Shown here piece by piece: positions 18,811 to 27,395 of a stretch of 64,000 bases of DNA; positions within the stretch are counted from its first letter, which is position 1, and every line of letters starts with the position of its first letter. The stretch spans positions 19,643-83,642 of the forward strand of contig DATLUX010000500.1 in the NCBI GenBank assembly GCA_035577805.1, in the 5' to 3' direction. The DNA comes from Verrucomicrobiia bacterium (GTDB taxonomy: Bacteria > Verrucomicrobiota > Verrucomicrobiia > Limisphaerales > JADJPG01). A program made the translations under genes and the position numbers. Under the pieces are notes generated by a model that had not been told where the DNA came from, ran no database searches, and saw only the letters and a list, made by a program, of their open reading frames with translations.

Positions 18811-19025
18811 CGACTCGCAGGCCCAAGCGTCCTGCTCGAGAAAGCCGCCGTGGCCTCGCCACGGGTTCTCACTCTTGTTATCGGAAACGGTCGGGAATCC
18901 TTTAGCTTTTTTTTGGGGTAGTTTTGCGGTAGTTCGTGGCGGGGGATGGATCCGAGTTTAATCCGAGTTTAATCCATCATATAGGAGCAGGTTGGAACAG
19001 CCGATGGTAAGGCAGGATCTCACCG

Positions 19026-20906
19026 ATGGTGACGACGAAAACGGTTCCGCCTGCGGCCGAAAACGCGCGCCTCTGTGCGCTGCGCGCTTACGACGTGCTC
19101 AACACGCCGGCGGGCACTGCTGAGGTCGAGTTGGTGCAACTGGCGGCGCAATTATGTCAGGCGCCGATGGCGGCGATTACTTTCATCGACGAGATGAAGG
19201 AATGGTTTAGCAGCGCCACCGGTCTGACCGTGCAGGCGGTGCCGCGCGAAACGAGCATTGGAGCGGAGGTACTGGTGGAACCCGACGGGCTGTTGCTGAT
19301 TCAGGATGCTCTGCAGGATGAACGATTTCGCGGTTACCCGCTGGTGGCAGGCGCCCCCAGGATTCGTTTCTATGCCTGCGCCCCAATCGCCACGCCCCAA
19401 GGCGATGTTCTCGGTACGTTATGTGTGATGGATCAAGTGCCGCGCACCTTGAATGCCCCGCAACAGCATGGTCTCCGCATCCTGGCCCGCCAAGTTCTTC
19501 AACAATTGGAATTCCGCCGCGGATTGGCCGAACGCGAGCGTGCGGAACGAATCGCCGAGGCGCATCATCGCGAGCTGGCCGAGACCAACGCCCAGTTGGG
19601 TTCCGCCATCGAGCGCGCCAACAAAATGGCGCTGGCTGCGGAGGCCGCCAACCGCGCCAAAACCTTGTTCCTCGCCACCATGAGCCATGAGATCCGCACG
19701 CCGCTCAACGGCGTGCTGGGCTTCGCCGATCTCCTGGCCGAAAGCGGCCTGGCCGGCGAACAGCGTGATTATCTCGAGGTCATTCGCGAGAGCGGCGCGA
19801 CGTTGCTCGGTCTGATCAATGACATCCTGGACTTCTCGAAAATCGAGGCAGACCGGCTGGAATTGGAGGTTGCCCCGGTGCGGGTCCGTGAGGTGGTCGA
19901 ACGCGCACTGACCTTGGCGCGTCCCCGGGCGCTAGCCAAAAACCTTCAGCTGCGCGCGGTCATCCACCCCGCGGTGCCAAGTCACGTCAAGACCGATGCC
20001 ACGCGTCTAGGCCAAATTCTACTTAACTTGATTGGCAACGCGGTCAAGTTCACGGCCGAAGGAGAAGTCAGCGTGGAAGTGCGTCCGTTGGAGTTGCGGG
20101 TGTCCGAAGAGGACGCCACGAATCCGGGAGTCGAATCGATGGATCTGCATTTCTCGGTGCGGGACACCGGCATTGGGATTCCGCCGGATCGTTTGAGTCG
20201 CTTGTTCAAGCCGTTTAGTCAGGTTGACTCGTCAACCACGCGGCGTTATGGGGGCACCGGCTTGGGCCTGGCCATCAGCAAACGGCTCTGCGAACTGATG
20301 GGCGGCGGCATTCATGTCGAGAGCACTCCGGGCGTCGGCTCGGCCATCCATTTCACCGTGCGCGTGGAGACCGTTCGCGGCGCGGACCTGGTGGAAGCGC
20401 CCCCGCGAAGTCCTGCTCTGCTGAACGGGCCCAATGAAGGTTTGGTGGACCCGCCGCCTTGTCTGCGCGTCCTGTTGGTGGAAGACAACCGGGTCAACCA
20501 ACTCCTGGCCGCGTCTCTGCTCAAAAAACACGGATGCACCATGGAACTGGCTGAACATGGTCAAAAAGCCCTGGATTGGCTGCGGAAGGAATCCTTTGAC
20601 TTGGTCTTGATGGATGTCTCCATGCCCGAGATGGATGGCCTCGAAGCCACCCAACGCATCCGCGCGGGAGAATGCGGCCCCGGCCCCAGCGAAATGCTCA
20701 TCATTGCCATGACGGCCAATGCCGCCGCCGGCGATCGCGAACATTGCCTTGAAGCCGGGATGGATGACTACCTCAGCAAACCCATCGAGCAACGTGAACT
20801 GGCCAATCTGCTGATGCGCGCTCGGCGCGAGAAGCTGAACGCGCGGCCGCCCAGCGCGCCTCGCAGTTCGGGTTCATCCCGGCGGGCACCGGAAAAAAGC
20901 TTTTGA
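19026..20906 (+). CDS. Hybrid sensor histidine kinase (GAF-HisKA-HATPase-REC)
   Basis: GAF-like N-terminus. H-box 'FLATMSHEIRTPLNGVLG'. N/G boxes 'LLNLIGNAVKFT' and 'DTGIGIP...GGTGLGLAISKRL'. C-terminal receiver 'VLLVEDNRVNQ...DLVLMDVSMPEMDG...YLSKP'. Confidence 0.9.
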   Translation: MVTTKTVPPAAENARLCALRAYDVLNTPAGTAEVELVQLAAQLCQAPMAAITFIDEMKEWFSSATGLTVQAVPRETSIGAEVLVEPDGLLLIQDALQDERFRGYPLVAGAPRIRFYACAPIATPQGDVLGTLCVMDQVPRTLNAPQQHGLRILARQVLQQLEFRRGLAERERAERIAEAHHRELAETNAQLGSAIERANKMALAAEAANRAKTLFLATMSHEIRTPLNGVLGFADLLAESGLAGEQRDYLEVIRESGATLLGLINDILDFSKIEADRLELEVAPVRVREVVERALTLARPRALAKNLQLRAVIHPAVPSHVKTDATRLGQILLNLIGNAVKFTAEGEVSVEVRPLELRVSEEDATNPGVESMDLHFSVRDTGIGIPPDRLSRLFKPFSQVDSSTTRRYGGTGLGLAISKRLCELMGGGIHVESTPGVGSAIHFTVRVETVRGADLVEAPPRSPALLNGPNEGLVDPPPCLRVLLVEDNRVNQLLAASLLKKHGCTMELAEHGQKALDWLRKESFDLVLMDVSMPEMDGLEATQRIRAGECGPGPSEMLIIAMTANAAAGDREHCLEAGMDDYLSKPIEQRELANLLMRARREKLNARPPSAPRSSGSSRRAPEKSF

Positions 20907-21256
20907 GTTTCTTGGCGTCGCGCAACGACCGTCGTGACGCTTTGTCGTTGTTGCTCAACCATTCAAGTCCCCCCTGATCCACGCTTCACTGCGGTTCGTC
21001 AGGCCGGGAACCGCCCGATCTTTCTTCTGGTTACCGCGGCATTTTGGGTGTAACAGTGAACCTTATTCCTGGGGAGCGAGCTAGGCGAGAGGGAAAGGGC
21101 TCGGTCTGGACAGGAAACGCAGAAATCGAATCTGGGGACCGAAGGCTGGCCCGAATCGGGTCGGAATGGACATTCTAAGGAGTGGTCGCAAGGGGTTCGG
21201 GCGGGGTATAGCCAGGGAGCAGGGACAGCGGGGACAGGATTTGGCAGTATCGGTTA

Positions 21257-22879
21257 ATGAATAACGGATCCTCTGATTTGAACGGGCGAGTCGCAGCGGC
21301 GCCAGGCCCCCGATGGCCTGAGCCCAGGCGTATTCCCGGACTCAACACCCGGCTGCCCCTCTTCGAATTCGCCCTCTTGCTGGTCGCCGCGGCTCTGGGT
21401 TATGCCGCTTTCCGCACGTACGGGATGATTAACCTTTCCAAGCGCGAACCAGACACGACCCAGGATGCCCGCGACATCGGCGAACTGCTCAAGTTGCACT
21501 CGTTAATGGAGGTCAAAGAGCGCTATGCCTTGTTGGCGGATCATCTGGAGAACGGCGTGGCCGAACTGCGCGAGTCTTTGCTGGTCTACCTGCGCGACAA
21601 GGACCGGGGCGAAATCGGCCGGTTCCGCGGCAAGAGCCAGGCCTTGGAAGCGTGGTTGCGCAAACAACCCGAGAATACCGATGCCCGCAAACACGGCATG
21701 TTGCAGGAATGGCTGGCCACCTTGCCGCCCGGCCAGGGCTCGGTTGCCTCCAACGCCATCAATCTGGAGATCGAAGAACTTTACGCCCGCGCCGCTCGCT
21801 CTTTTTCCAATTACCTCGCCACCGTGCCATTGCCCGAAGGCAAGCCCATCACCCCTGATCTGGTCCAGAAGAAGCTGGTGAAAGCCGCCCAACCAGAGAT
21901 GGAGTTGTTGGGCGTCGCCCGCCAGGCCCGTGACCAGGCCGCCGCGATCGAACTGTTTGTGGAACGGCGCCCCGCTGAATTGGCCCATCAGGCCAAAGCC
22001 CGGGCGGAGCGCGAAGGGATGACGTCTTTCTTCAATTTGATGAAAGGCGGGCTGCAGCCGCTGTTTTATCTGCTGGTGATGACCTTGATCGTCCAATGCG
22101 TGCTGCTGATCATGGGGCTTTATGGCCGCTTTGTTGTCCTGCCTTTGCGCCAGAAAATGATCGAGGACACCAGCGCCGTCGAACACCAAAAGAAATTGAA
22201 CCACTTTGCCCGGCTGGCCACGGGCCTGGCCCATGAAATCCGCAATCCGCTCACGGCCATCAATGTGCGCTTGTTCACCTTGCAGAAGGTCTTGAAGGAC
22301 GACAGCACCGAGCAAGCTGACGCTGTCCTGATCCGGAATGAAATCGATCGGCTGGAACAAATCCTCAAAAACTTCCTGAAACTGGCCCGGCCTACCGAAC
22401 CCAAATTCGCCAAACTTACGGCCGAGCCCGCCCTGCGCGAAGTTCGCGACCTGCTGGGGCCTCATCTTCAGCGCCACAACATCGAACTGAAGCTGGAGCA
22501 GATGGCCGAGACCCGTTTCGAGGCTGACCCCGTCCAGCTCAAACAAGTCCTGATTAACCTCATTCAGAACGCCGCCGATGCCATCGGCCGCCGGGGCACC
22601 ATCACACTGCGCGCCCGCCAGGATCAGGTTCGCATCGCGGGACGCCCCACCCCCTCGGTCGTCCTCGAAGTGCAGGACACCGGCCACGGCATTTCCCCGG
22701 AAGTCCAGGAACGATTGTTCGACCCGTTCTTCAGCACCAAGGACAACGGCACCGGCCTGGGGCTCCCCATCGCAATGAAAATCATCGACCAACACCAGGG
22801 CCTGCTCGATTTCGACAGCCGGGAAGGGCACGGCTCCACCTTCCGCGTCATTTTACCAGTGTCCAATCAGCCCAACTAG
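21257..22879 (+). CDS. Sensor histidine kinase (NtrB/AtoS-like)
   Basis: Two hydrophobic segments flank a periplasmic-type region. H-box 'LAHEIRNPLTAINVRL'. 'LINLIQNAADA' and 'DTGHGISPE...GTGLGLPIAMKII'. A sigma-54 response regulator follows 13 nt downstream. Confidence 0.85.
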   Translation: MNNGSSDLNGRVAAAPGPRWPEPRRIPGLNTRLPLFEFALLLVAAALGYAAFRTYGMINLSKREPDTTQDARDIGELLKLHSLMEVKERYALLADHLENGVAELRESLLVYLRDKDRGEIGRFRGKSQALEAWLRKQPENTDARKHGMLQEWLATLPPGQGSVASNAINLEIEELYARAARSFSNYLATVPLPEGKPITPDLVQKKLVKAAQPEMELLGVARQARDQAAAIELFVERRPAELAHQAKARAEREGMTSFFNLMKGGLQPLFYLLVMTLIVQCVLLIMGLYGRFVVLPLRQKMIEDTSAVEHQKKLNHFARLATGLAHEIRNPLTAINVRLFTLQKVLKDDSTEQADAVLIRNEIDRLEQILKNFLKLARPTEPKFAKLTAEPALREVRDLLGPHLQRHNIELKLEQMAETRFEADPVQLKQVLINLIQNAADAIGRRGTITLRARQDQVRIAGRPTPSVVLEVQDTGHGISPEVQERLFDPFFSTKDNGTGLGLPIAMKIIDQHQGLLDFDSREGHGSTFRVILPVSNQPN

Positions 22880-22891
22880 AAGTAACAACTC

Positions 22892-24424
22892 ATGGCGAGA
22901 ATCCTCATCATCGAAGACGATGCCTCGGTCGCTTCTGCGCTCCGGGATTTGCTCAAAGCAGAGGGCTACGGAGTCGAAATGACCACCGATGCGGCAGAAG
23001 GTCTCTCCGCGGCCCAATCCAAATCCTATGACGTAATCGTGACCGATCTGCAGATGCCGGCCCTGACCGGACTGGAAGTCATTGAACAATTGCAGGCGGC
23101 CAAACCGCAACTGCCGGTCATCCTCATCACGGCGTATCACACAACCGAAGCAGCCATCCGCGCCATCAAACTGGGCGCGTTCGATTACGTCCTCAAACCC
23201 ATCGATCCTTCCGAGTTCCTACGCATCCTCAAACGCGCCCTCGAAAGCACTCGCATCACCACCAAACGCCTCGACATGGGGGAATCCATCTCCTCCAGCG
23301 AAGCCATTATCGGCCGCAGCAAGGTAATGCAGACGGTCTACAAGGAGATCGGCCGCGTCGCCGCCATGCCCGTCACTGTCCTGATCCAAGGCGAAACCGG
23401 CACCGGCAAGGAACTGGTCGCCCGCGCGGTCCATCAGCATAGCGACCGGGCTTCCCACCCGTTCGTGACCGTCAACTGCGCCGCCATTCCCGAGAACCTG
23501 CTCGAAAGCGAATTGTTCGGCCACGAGGCCGGAGCCTTCACCGGGGCCAAGGCGCGGCACATCGGACGCTTCGAACAAGCCAACGGCGGCACCATCTTCC
23601 TGGATGAAATCGGGGACATGAGCCTGGCCACCCAGGTCAAACTCCTGCGCGTGCTCCAGGAAAAAACCATCAGCCGCGTCGGCGGCAAGGAGACCATCGC
23701 CGTCGATGTCAGGATCCTGGCGGCTACCCATCGCAACCTGGAAGAAGCCATCGACGCCCGGGAATTCCGGCTCGACCTCTTCCATCGCCTCAACGTGGCC
23801 GTTATCTATCTGCCTCCGCTCTCCCAACGCCGCGAAGACGTTCCCGATCTGGTCAACTATTTCCTGACGCGTTACAGCGCGGAGTTTAACCTCGAACGTC
23901 CTTCCCTGGCCGCCGACGCTGTCGATTTCCTCCAACAACAAACCTGGCCAGGCAACGTCCGGGAACTGGAGAATATCGTGCGCAAGGCTCTGATCGCCTC
24001 CCGCGGTTATCCCATCAGCCTGGAGCATATCCGCACTGCCCTCACCAAGCCCACCCCGCCCAGACCCGCCGGCGATCAGAAACTCACCGATTACGTGGCC
24101 GAACTGCTCACCAGCGCGCAACTGGGTGAGGGCGGGAATGTGGCGGAAGCCCTGACCGAAGCGGTGGAGCGCGAGCTCTATGGCCAAGCCATCCGCCTGG
24201 CCGGAGGCGATCAAACCAAAGCCGCCCGTTGGCTGGGCGTTTCCCGCCCTACCATGCGTGACAAGCTGACCCGCTACGGACTCTTTCCAACCCGCGGTGA
24301 GAACCGTCCCGAGGCCCCGGCCAAAACCGATTCCAAAGGCGACACGAGCTTTCTAACCAAGGCCCAGGGCAAACCCGTCCGGCGCGAGGTCAAGCCGGGC
24401 GAATTTGATCTTTCCTCCGCCTAA
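22892..24424 (+). CDS. Sigma-54-dependent response regulator (NtrC family: REC-AAA+-HTH)
   Basis: Receiver 'ILIIEDD...DVIVTDLQMP...VLKP'. AAA+ with Walker A 'GETGTGKE', the 'ESELFGHEAGAFTGA' GAFTGA motif and 'GTIFLDEIGDM'. C-terminal Fis-type HTH 'QTKAARWLGVSRPTMRDKL'. Confidence 0.9.
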   Translation: MARILIIEDDASVASALRDLLKAEGYGVEMTTDAAEGLSAAQSKSYDVIVTDLQMPALTGLEVIEQLQAAKPQLPVILITAYHTTEAAIRAIKLGAFDYVLKPIDPSEFLRILKRALESTRITTKRLDMGESISSSEAIIGRSKVMQTVYKEIGRVAAMPVTVLIQGETGTGKELVARAVHQHSDRASHPFVTVNCAAIPENLLESELFGHEAGAFTGAKARHIGRFEQANGGTIFLDEIGDMSLATQVKLLRVLQEKTISRVGGKETIAVDVRILAATHRNLEEAIDAREFRLDLFHRLNVAVIYLPPLSQRREDVPDLVNYFLTRYSAEFNLERPSLAADAVDFLQQQTWPGNVRELENIVRKALIASRGYPISLEHIRTALTKPTPPRPAGDQKLTDYVAELLTSAQLGEGGNVAEALTEAVERELYGQAIRLAGGDQTKAARWLGVSRPTMRDKLTRYGLFPTRGENRPEAPAKTDSKGDTSFLTKAQGKPVRREVKPGEFDLSSA

Positions 24425-24451
24425 CGAGGGTTGAATCTGCGCTTGCCCTTT

Positions 24452-24467
24452 CGGCACGAAAATGGCT
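24452..24467 (+). promoter_or_regulatory. Candidate sigma-54 (-24/-12) promoter
   Basis: CGGCACGAAAATGGCT versus the consensus TGGCAC-N5-TTGCW. The GG (24453-24454) and GC (24465-24466) have canonical spacing. Two mismatches. It lies about 90 nt upstream of the first DUF1501 start. Confidence 0.3.
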
Positions 24468-24557
24468 TGAATAGAGCCAGATAGAGTCCGGTCAAAGCCC
24501 GGTCGCTTCGGGTCGCTCTCACGGCTGACTCGTTGTTCCTTTGGAAGTTTACGGTTT

Positions 24558-25910
24558 ATGCTGACCATTCTTGGCCCACAACCCAAACAGTCAGGCTTCT
24601 GCGATGGCATCTCGCGCAGAAACTTCTTGAAGATCGGCGCCCTCGGCTTCGGGGGCTTGGCCTTGCCGCAGTTGCTGCAAGCCGAGAGTCAGTCCGGCAT
24701 CCGTCGTTCTCACAAAGCCATCATCATGATCTTCCTGCCGGGCGGCCCGTCGCATCAGGACATGTTTGACCTGAAGACAGACGCCCCGAGCGAGATCCGC
24801 GGCGAATTCAAACCCATCTCGACGAATGTTCCCGGCATCCAGATCTGCGAGCATCTACCGTTGCTAGCCCGGCGCGCTGATCAATACAGCATCATCCGTT
24901 CAATGGTCGGCATGGAAGATCGGCACGAGGCTGCCCAATGCCTGACCGGCCGGCTTACCCGCACCCAACCGCCCGGCGGTTGGCCCTGCCTGGGTTCCGT
25001 GTTGTCCAAACTTTATGGCACCGTCGATCGGTCCATGCCCAGCTTTGTGGGGCTCTCCCCGAAGATGGGACATGTCCCCTGGTCCGACAACGGTTCCGCC
25101 GGTTTCCTGGGTATCGGCCATGCCCCCTTCCAACCCAACAAGGGCGGAGGCAAGGATGACATGATCCTCAACGAGATGACTCTCGATCGTCTTTCCGACC
25201 GTAAACAGCTGCTCGCGACCTTCGACCAGTTCCGGCGCGACGTGGATGCCAGCGGGATGATGGACGGCATCGACGCTTTTAACCAACAGGCGTTCGGCAT
25301 CCTCACCTCAAGCCGACTGCTCGAAGCGCTCGACGTGGAGAAGGAAGATAAAAACGTCCGCGAACTCTACGGCAAAGGCGATCCACGCAACCGGGACGAT
25401 GGTGGTCCCAAGATGATGGAGCATATGCTCATCGCCCGGCGCCTGGTCGAAGCGGGGGCCCGCTGCGTCACACTGGCTTTCAGCCGTTGGGATCATCACG
25501 GCGATAACTTTGGAGCTTTGCGTCAGGACCTGCCCCTGCTGGACCGCGGGGTCAACGCCCTGCTGGAAGACCTGCGCCAACGGGGACTCGAAAAGGATGT
25601 CAGCGTGGTGGTCTGGGGCGAGTTCGGCCGCACACCTACCATCAACAAGGATGGGGGCCGCGATCATTGGCCCCGGGTCAGCTTTGCCATGCTGGCTGGC
25701 GGCGGCATGCGGCACGGACAAGTGATCGGCGCGACCGACCGTCTGGGCGGGGAAGCCAATGAACGGCCCGTTTACTTCGGCGAGGTGTTCGCCACCCTTT
25801 ATCATGGTCTGGGCGTGGACGTAAACAAGGTCACCGTTCCGGACTTAAGCGGCCGCCCGCAATTCCTCGTGGAAGCGGGCATGCAACCATTGCGAGAGTT
25901 GGTGGGCTAG
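24558..25910 (+). CDS. DUF1501 domain protein (sulfatase/alkaline-phosphatase-superfamily-like) with Tat signal
   Basis: '[26 protein letters not shown]' is a twin-arginine signal. '[18 protein letters not shown]' and C-terminal '[22 protein letters not shown]' are typical of DUF1501. Confidence 0.85.
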   Translation: MLTILGPQPKQSGFCDGISRRNFLKIGALGFGGLALPQLLQAESQSGIRRSHKAIIMIFLPGGPSHQDMFDLKTDAPSEIRGEFKPISTNVPGIQICEHLPLLARRADQYSIIRSMVGMEDRHEAAQCLTGRLTRTQPPGGWPCLGSVLSKLYGTVDRSMPSFVGLSPKMGHVPWSDNGSAGFLGIGHAPFQPNKGGGKDDMILNEMTLDRLSDRKQLLATFDQFRRDVDASGMMDGIDAFNQQAFGILTSSRLLEALDVEKEDKNVRELYGKGDPRNRDDGGPKMMEHMLIARRLVEAGARCVTLAFSRWDHHGDNFGALRQDLPLLDRGVNALLEDLRQRGLEKDVSVVVWGEFGRTPTINKDGGRDHWPRVSFAMLAGGGMRHGQVIGATDRLGGEANERPVYFGEVFATLYHGLGVDVNKVTVPDLSGRPQFLVEAGMQPLRELVG

Positions 25911-25969
25911 AAGGTTGCCCAAGGTGACCGCCAAGGCCGGCGGCGCCAGCAACTGCCTAACACGACGTC

Positions 25970-27313
25970 ATGCTCAAGATCTATTCCTCGGCAGCCAACC
26001 GGCGGTTCTGCGACGGAGTGTCTCGTCGCAACTTCATCCGCGTCGGCGCGCTGAGCCTGGGCGGTTTGGCTTTGCCGCAGCTGTTGCGGGCGGAGCAAGA
26101 GAGCGGGGTGGGTCGATCGCATAAGGCGGTGATCATGATCTATCTGCCGGGCGGCCCGCCGCATCAGGACACCTTCGATCTGAAGCTGGATGCGCCTTCG
26201 GAGATCCGAGGGGAATTTCGGCCGATCTCGACCAACGTGGATGGGCTCCAGATCTGCGAGTATCTCCCGCGCATGGCCCGCATCTGCGACAAGCTGGCCG
26301 TGATCCGGTCGATGGCTGACGCGGTGGACGATCATTCCGATTTCATGTGCATGACGGCGCGGCGGAAACAGAGCCAGCCTCCGGGCGGCTGGCCGACCAT
26401 GGGCGCCGTCGTTTCGAAGGTGCTGGGTTCGACGCAGGCGGGCATACCGCCCTTTGTCGGTCTGGAGCCGCGCATGCAACACCGCCCTTACAACGCCGCC
26501 AGCCCAGGGTTCCTGGGGGCAGGTCATAACTCTTTTCGTCCCGAAGCCGAGGGCAAATCCGACATGGTCCTGAATGGGATCACTCTGGATCGTTTGGCGG
26601 ACCGCAAGACCCTGCTGAAAACGTTCGACCGGTTTCGGCGCGAGATGGATGGCAGCGGGCTCATGACCGGGATGGATTCGTTTAACCAACAGGCTTTTGG
26701 CGTGCTCACCTCGAGCCGTTTGTTGGAAGCGTTGGATGTGCAACGCGAATCCGCCCAGGTTCGCGAGCGCTACGGCAAAGGCGATGCCAAGGTCCACGGA
26801 GATGCGGCTCCGATGCTGAACGAGCAGTTCCTGATCGCCCGGCGCCTCGTGGAAGCCGGAGCCCGCGTCGTCACCGTCGCGTATGGCTTCTGGGATTATC
26901 ACGGCAACAATTTCAAAAACGCCCGCGCTGATCTTCCCTTGTTGGACCAAGCCGTCTCCGCCCTGATCGAAGACCTCCATCAACGGGGCTTGGATCGCGA
27001 TGTCAGCGTGGTCGTTTGGGGCGAATTCGGGCGGACCCCGACCATCAACAAGGACGCCGGGCGGGATCACTGGCCGCGCGCGAGCTGCGCCTTGCTCGCG
27101 GGAGGCGGTATGAGAACCGGCCAGGTCATCGGCGCCACGGATCGGCTGGGCGGCGAGCCGAACGAACGACCGGTTACGTTCGGAGAAGTTTTCGCCACCC
27201 TTTACCACAATCTGGGGATCGATGTCACCCGGGTGACGGTGCCCGATTTGGCTGGGCGCCCGCAGTTTCTTGTTCCCGAAGGCGCTCAGCCGATGCGCGA
27301 GCTGGTCGGCTAG
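25970..27313 (+). CDS. DUF1501 domain protein, tandem paralogue
   Basis: Collinear with the upstream gene: '[26 protein letters not shown]', 'IMIYLPGGPPHQDTFDLK' and '[22 protein letters not shown]'. Confidence 0.85.
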   Translation: MLKIYSSAANRRFCDGVSRRNFIRVGALSLGGLALPQLLRAEQESGVGRSHKAVIMIYLPGGPPHQDTFDLKLDAPSEIRGEFRPISTNVDGLQICEYLPRMARICDKLAVIRSMADAVDDHSDFMCMTARRKQSQPPGGWPTMGAVVSKVLGSTQAGIPPFVGLEPRMQHRPYNAASPGFLGAGHNSFRPEAEGKSDMVLNGITLDRLADRKTLLKTFDRFRREMDGSGLMTGMDSFNQQAFGVLTSSRLLEALDVQRESAQVRERYGKGDAKVHGDAAPMLNEQFLIARRLVEAGARVVTVAYGFWDYHGNNFKNARADLPLLDQAVSALIEDLHQRGLDRDVSVVVWGEFGRTPTINKDAGRDHWPRASCALLAGGGMRTGQVIGATDRLGGEPNERPVTFGEVFATLYHNLGIDVTRVTVPDLAGRPQFLVPEGAQPMRELVG

Positions 27314-27395
27314 ATTGAGAAAGTCGGGCTAGACTAGGACCAGGCCAAGGTCAAGTTTGTCGGCGACACCAGCCGGTCGAGTTGGTTGCTGGCTT

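Noticed and set aside
21503-22831. 442-aa minus-strand ORF antisense to the histidine kinase. Similar long shadow ORFs occur at 25907-27208(-), 6799-8151(+), 16120-17175(+), 23219-24214(-), 52402-53541(-), 51476-52192(-) and 57334-58308(-).
   Set aside because: Such stop-poor antisense frames are typical of high-GC DNA. Their translations are Arg/Gly/Ala/His/Pro-rich with no recognisable motifs, while the opposite strand encodes clear homologues (HK, DUF1501, POP-PhoD, TPR, NtrC, polyprenyl synthase, RecA, Pth).
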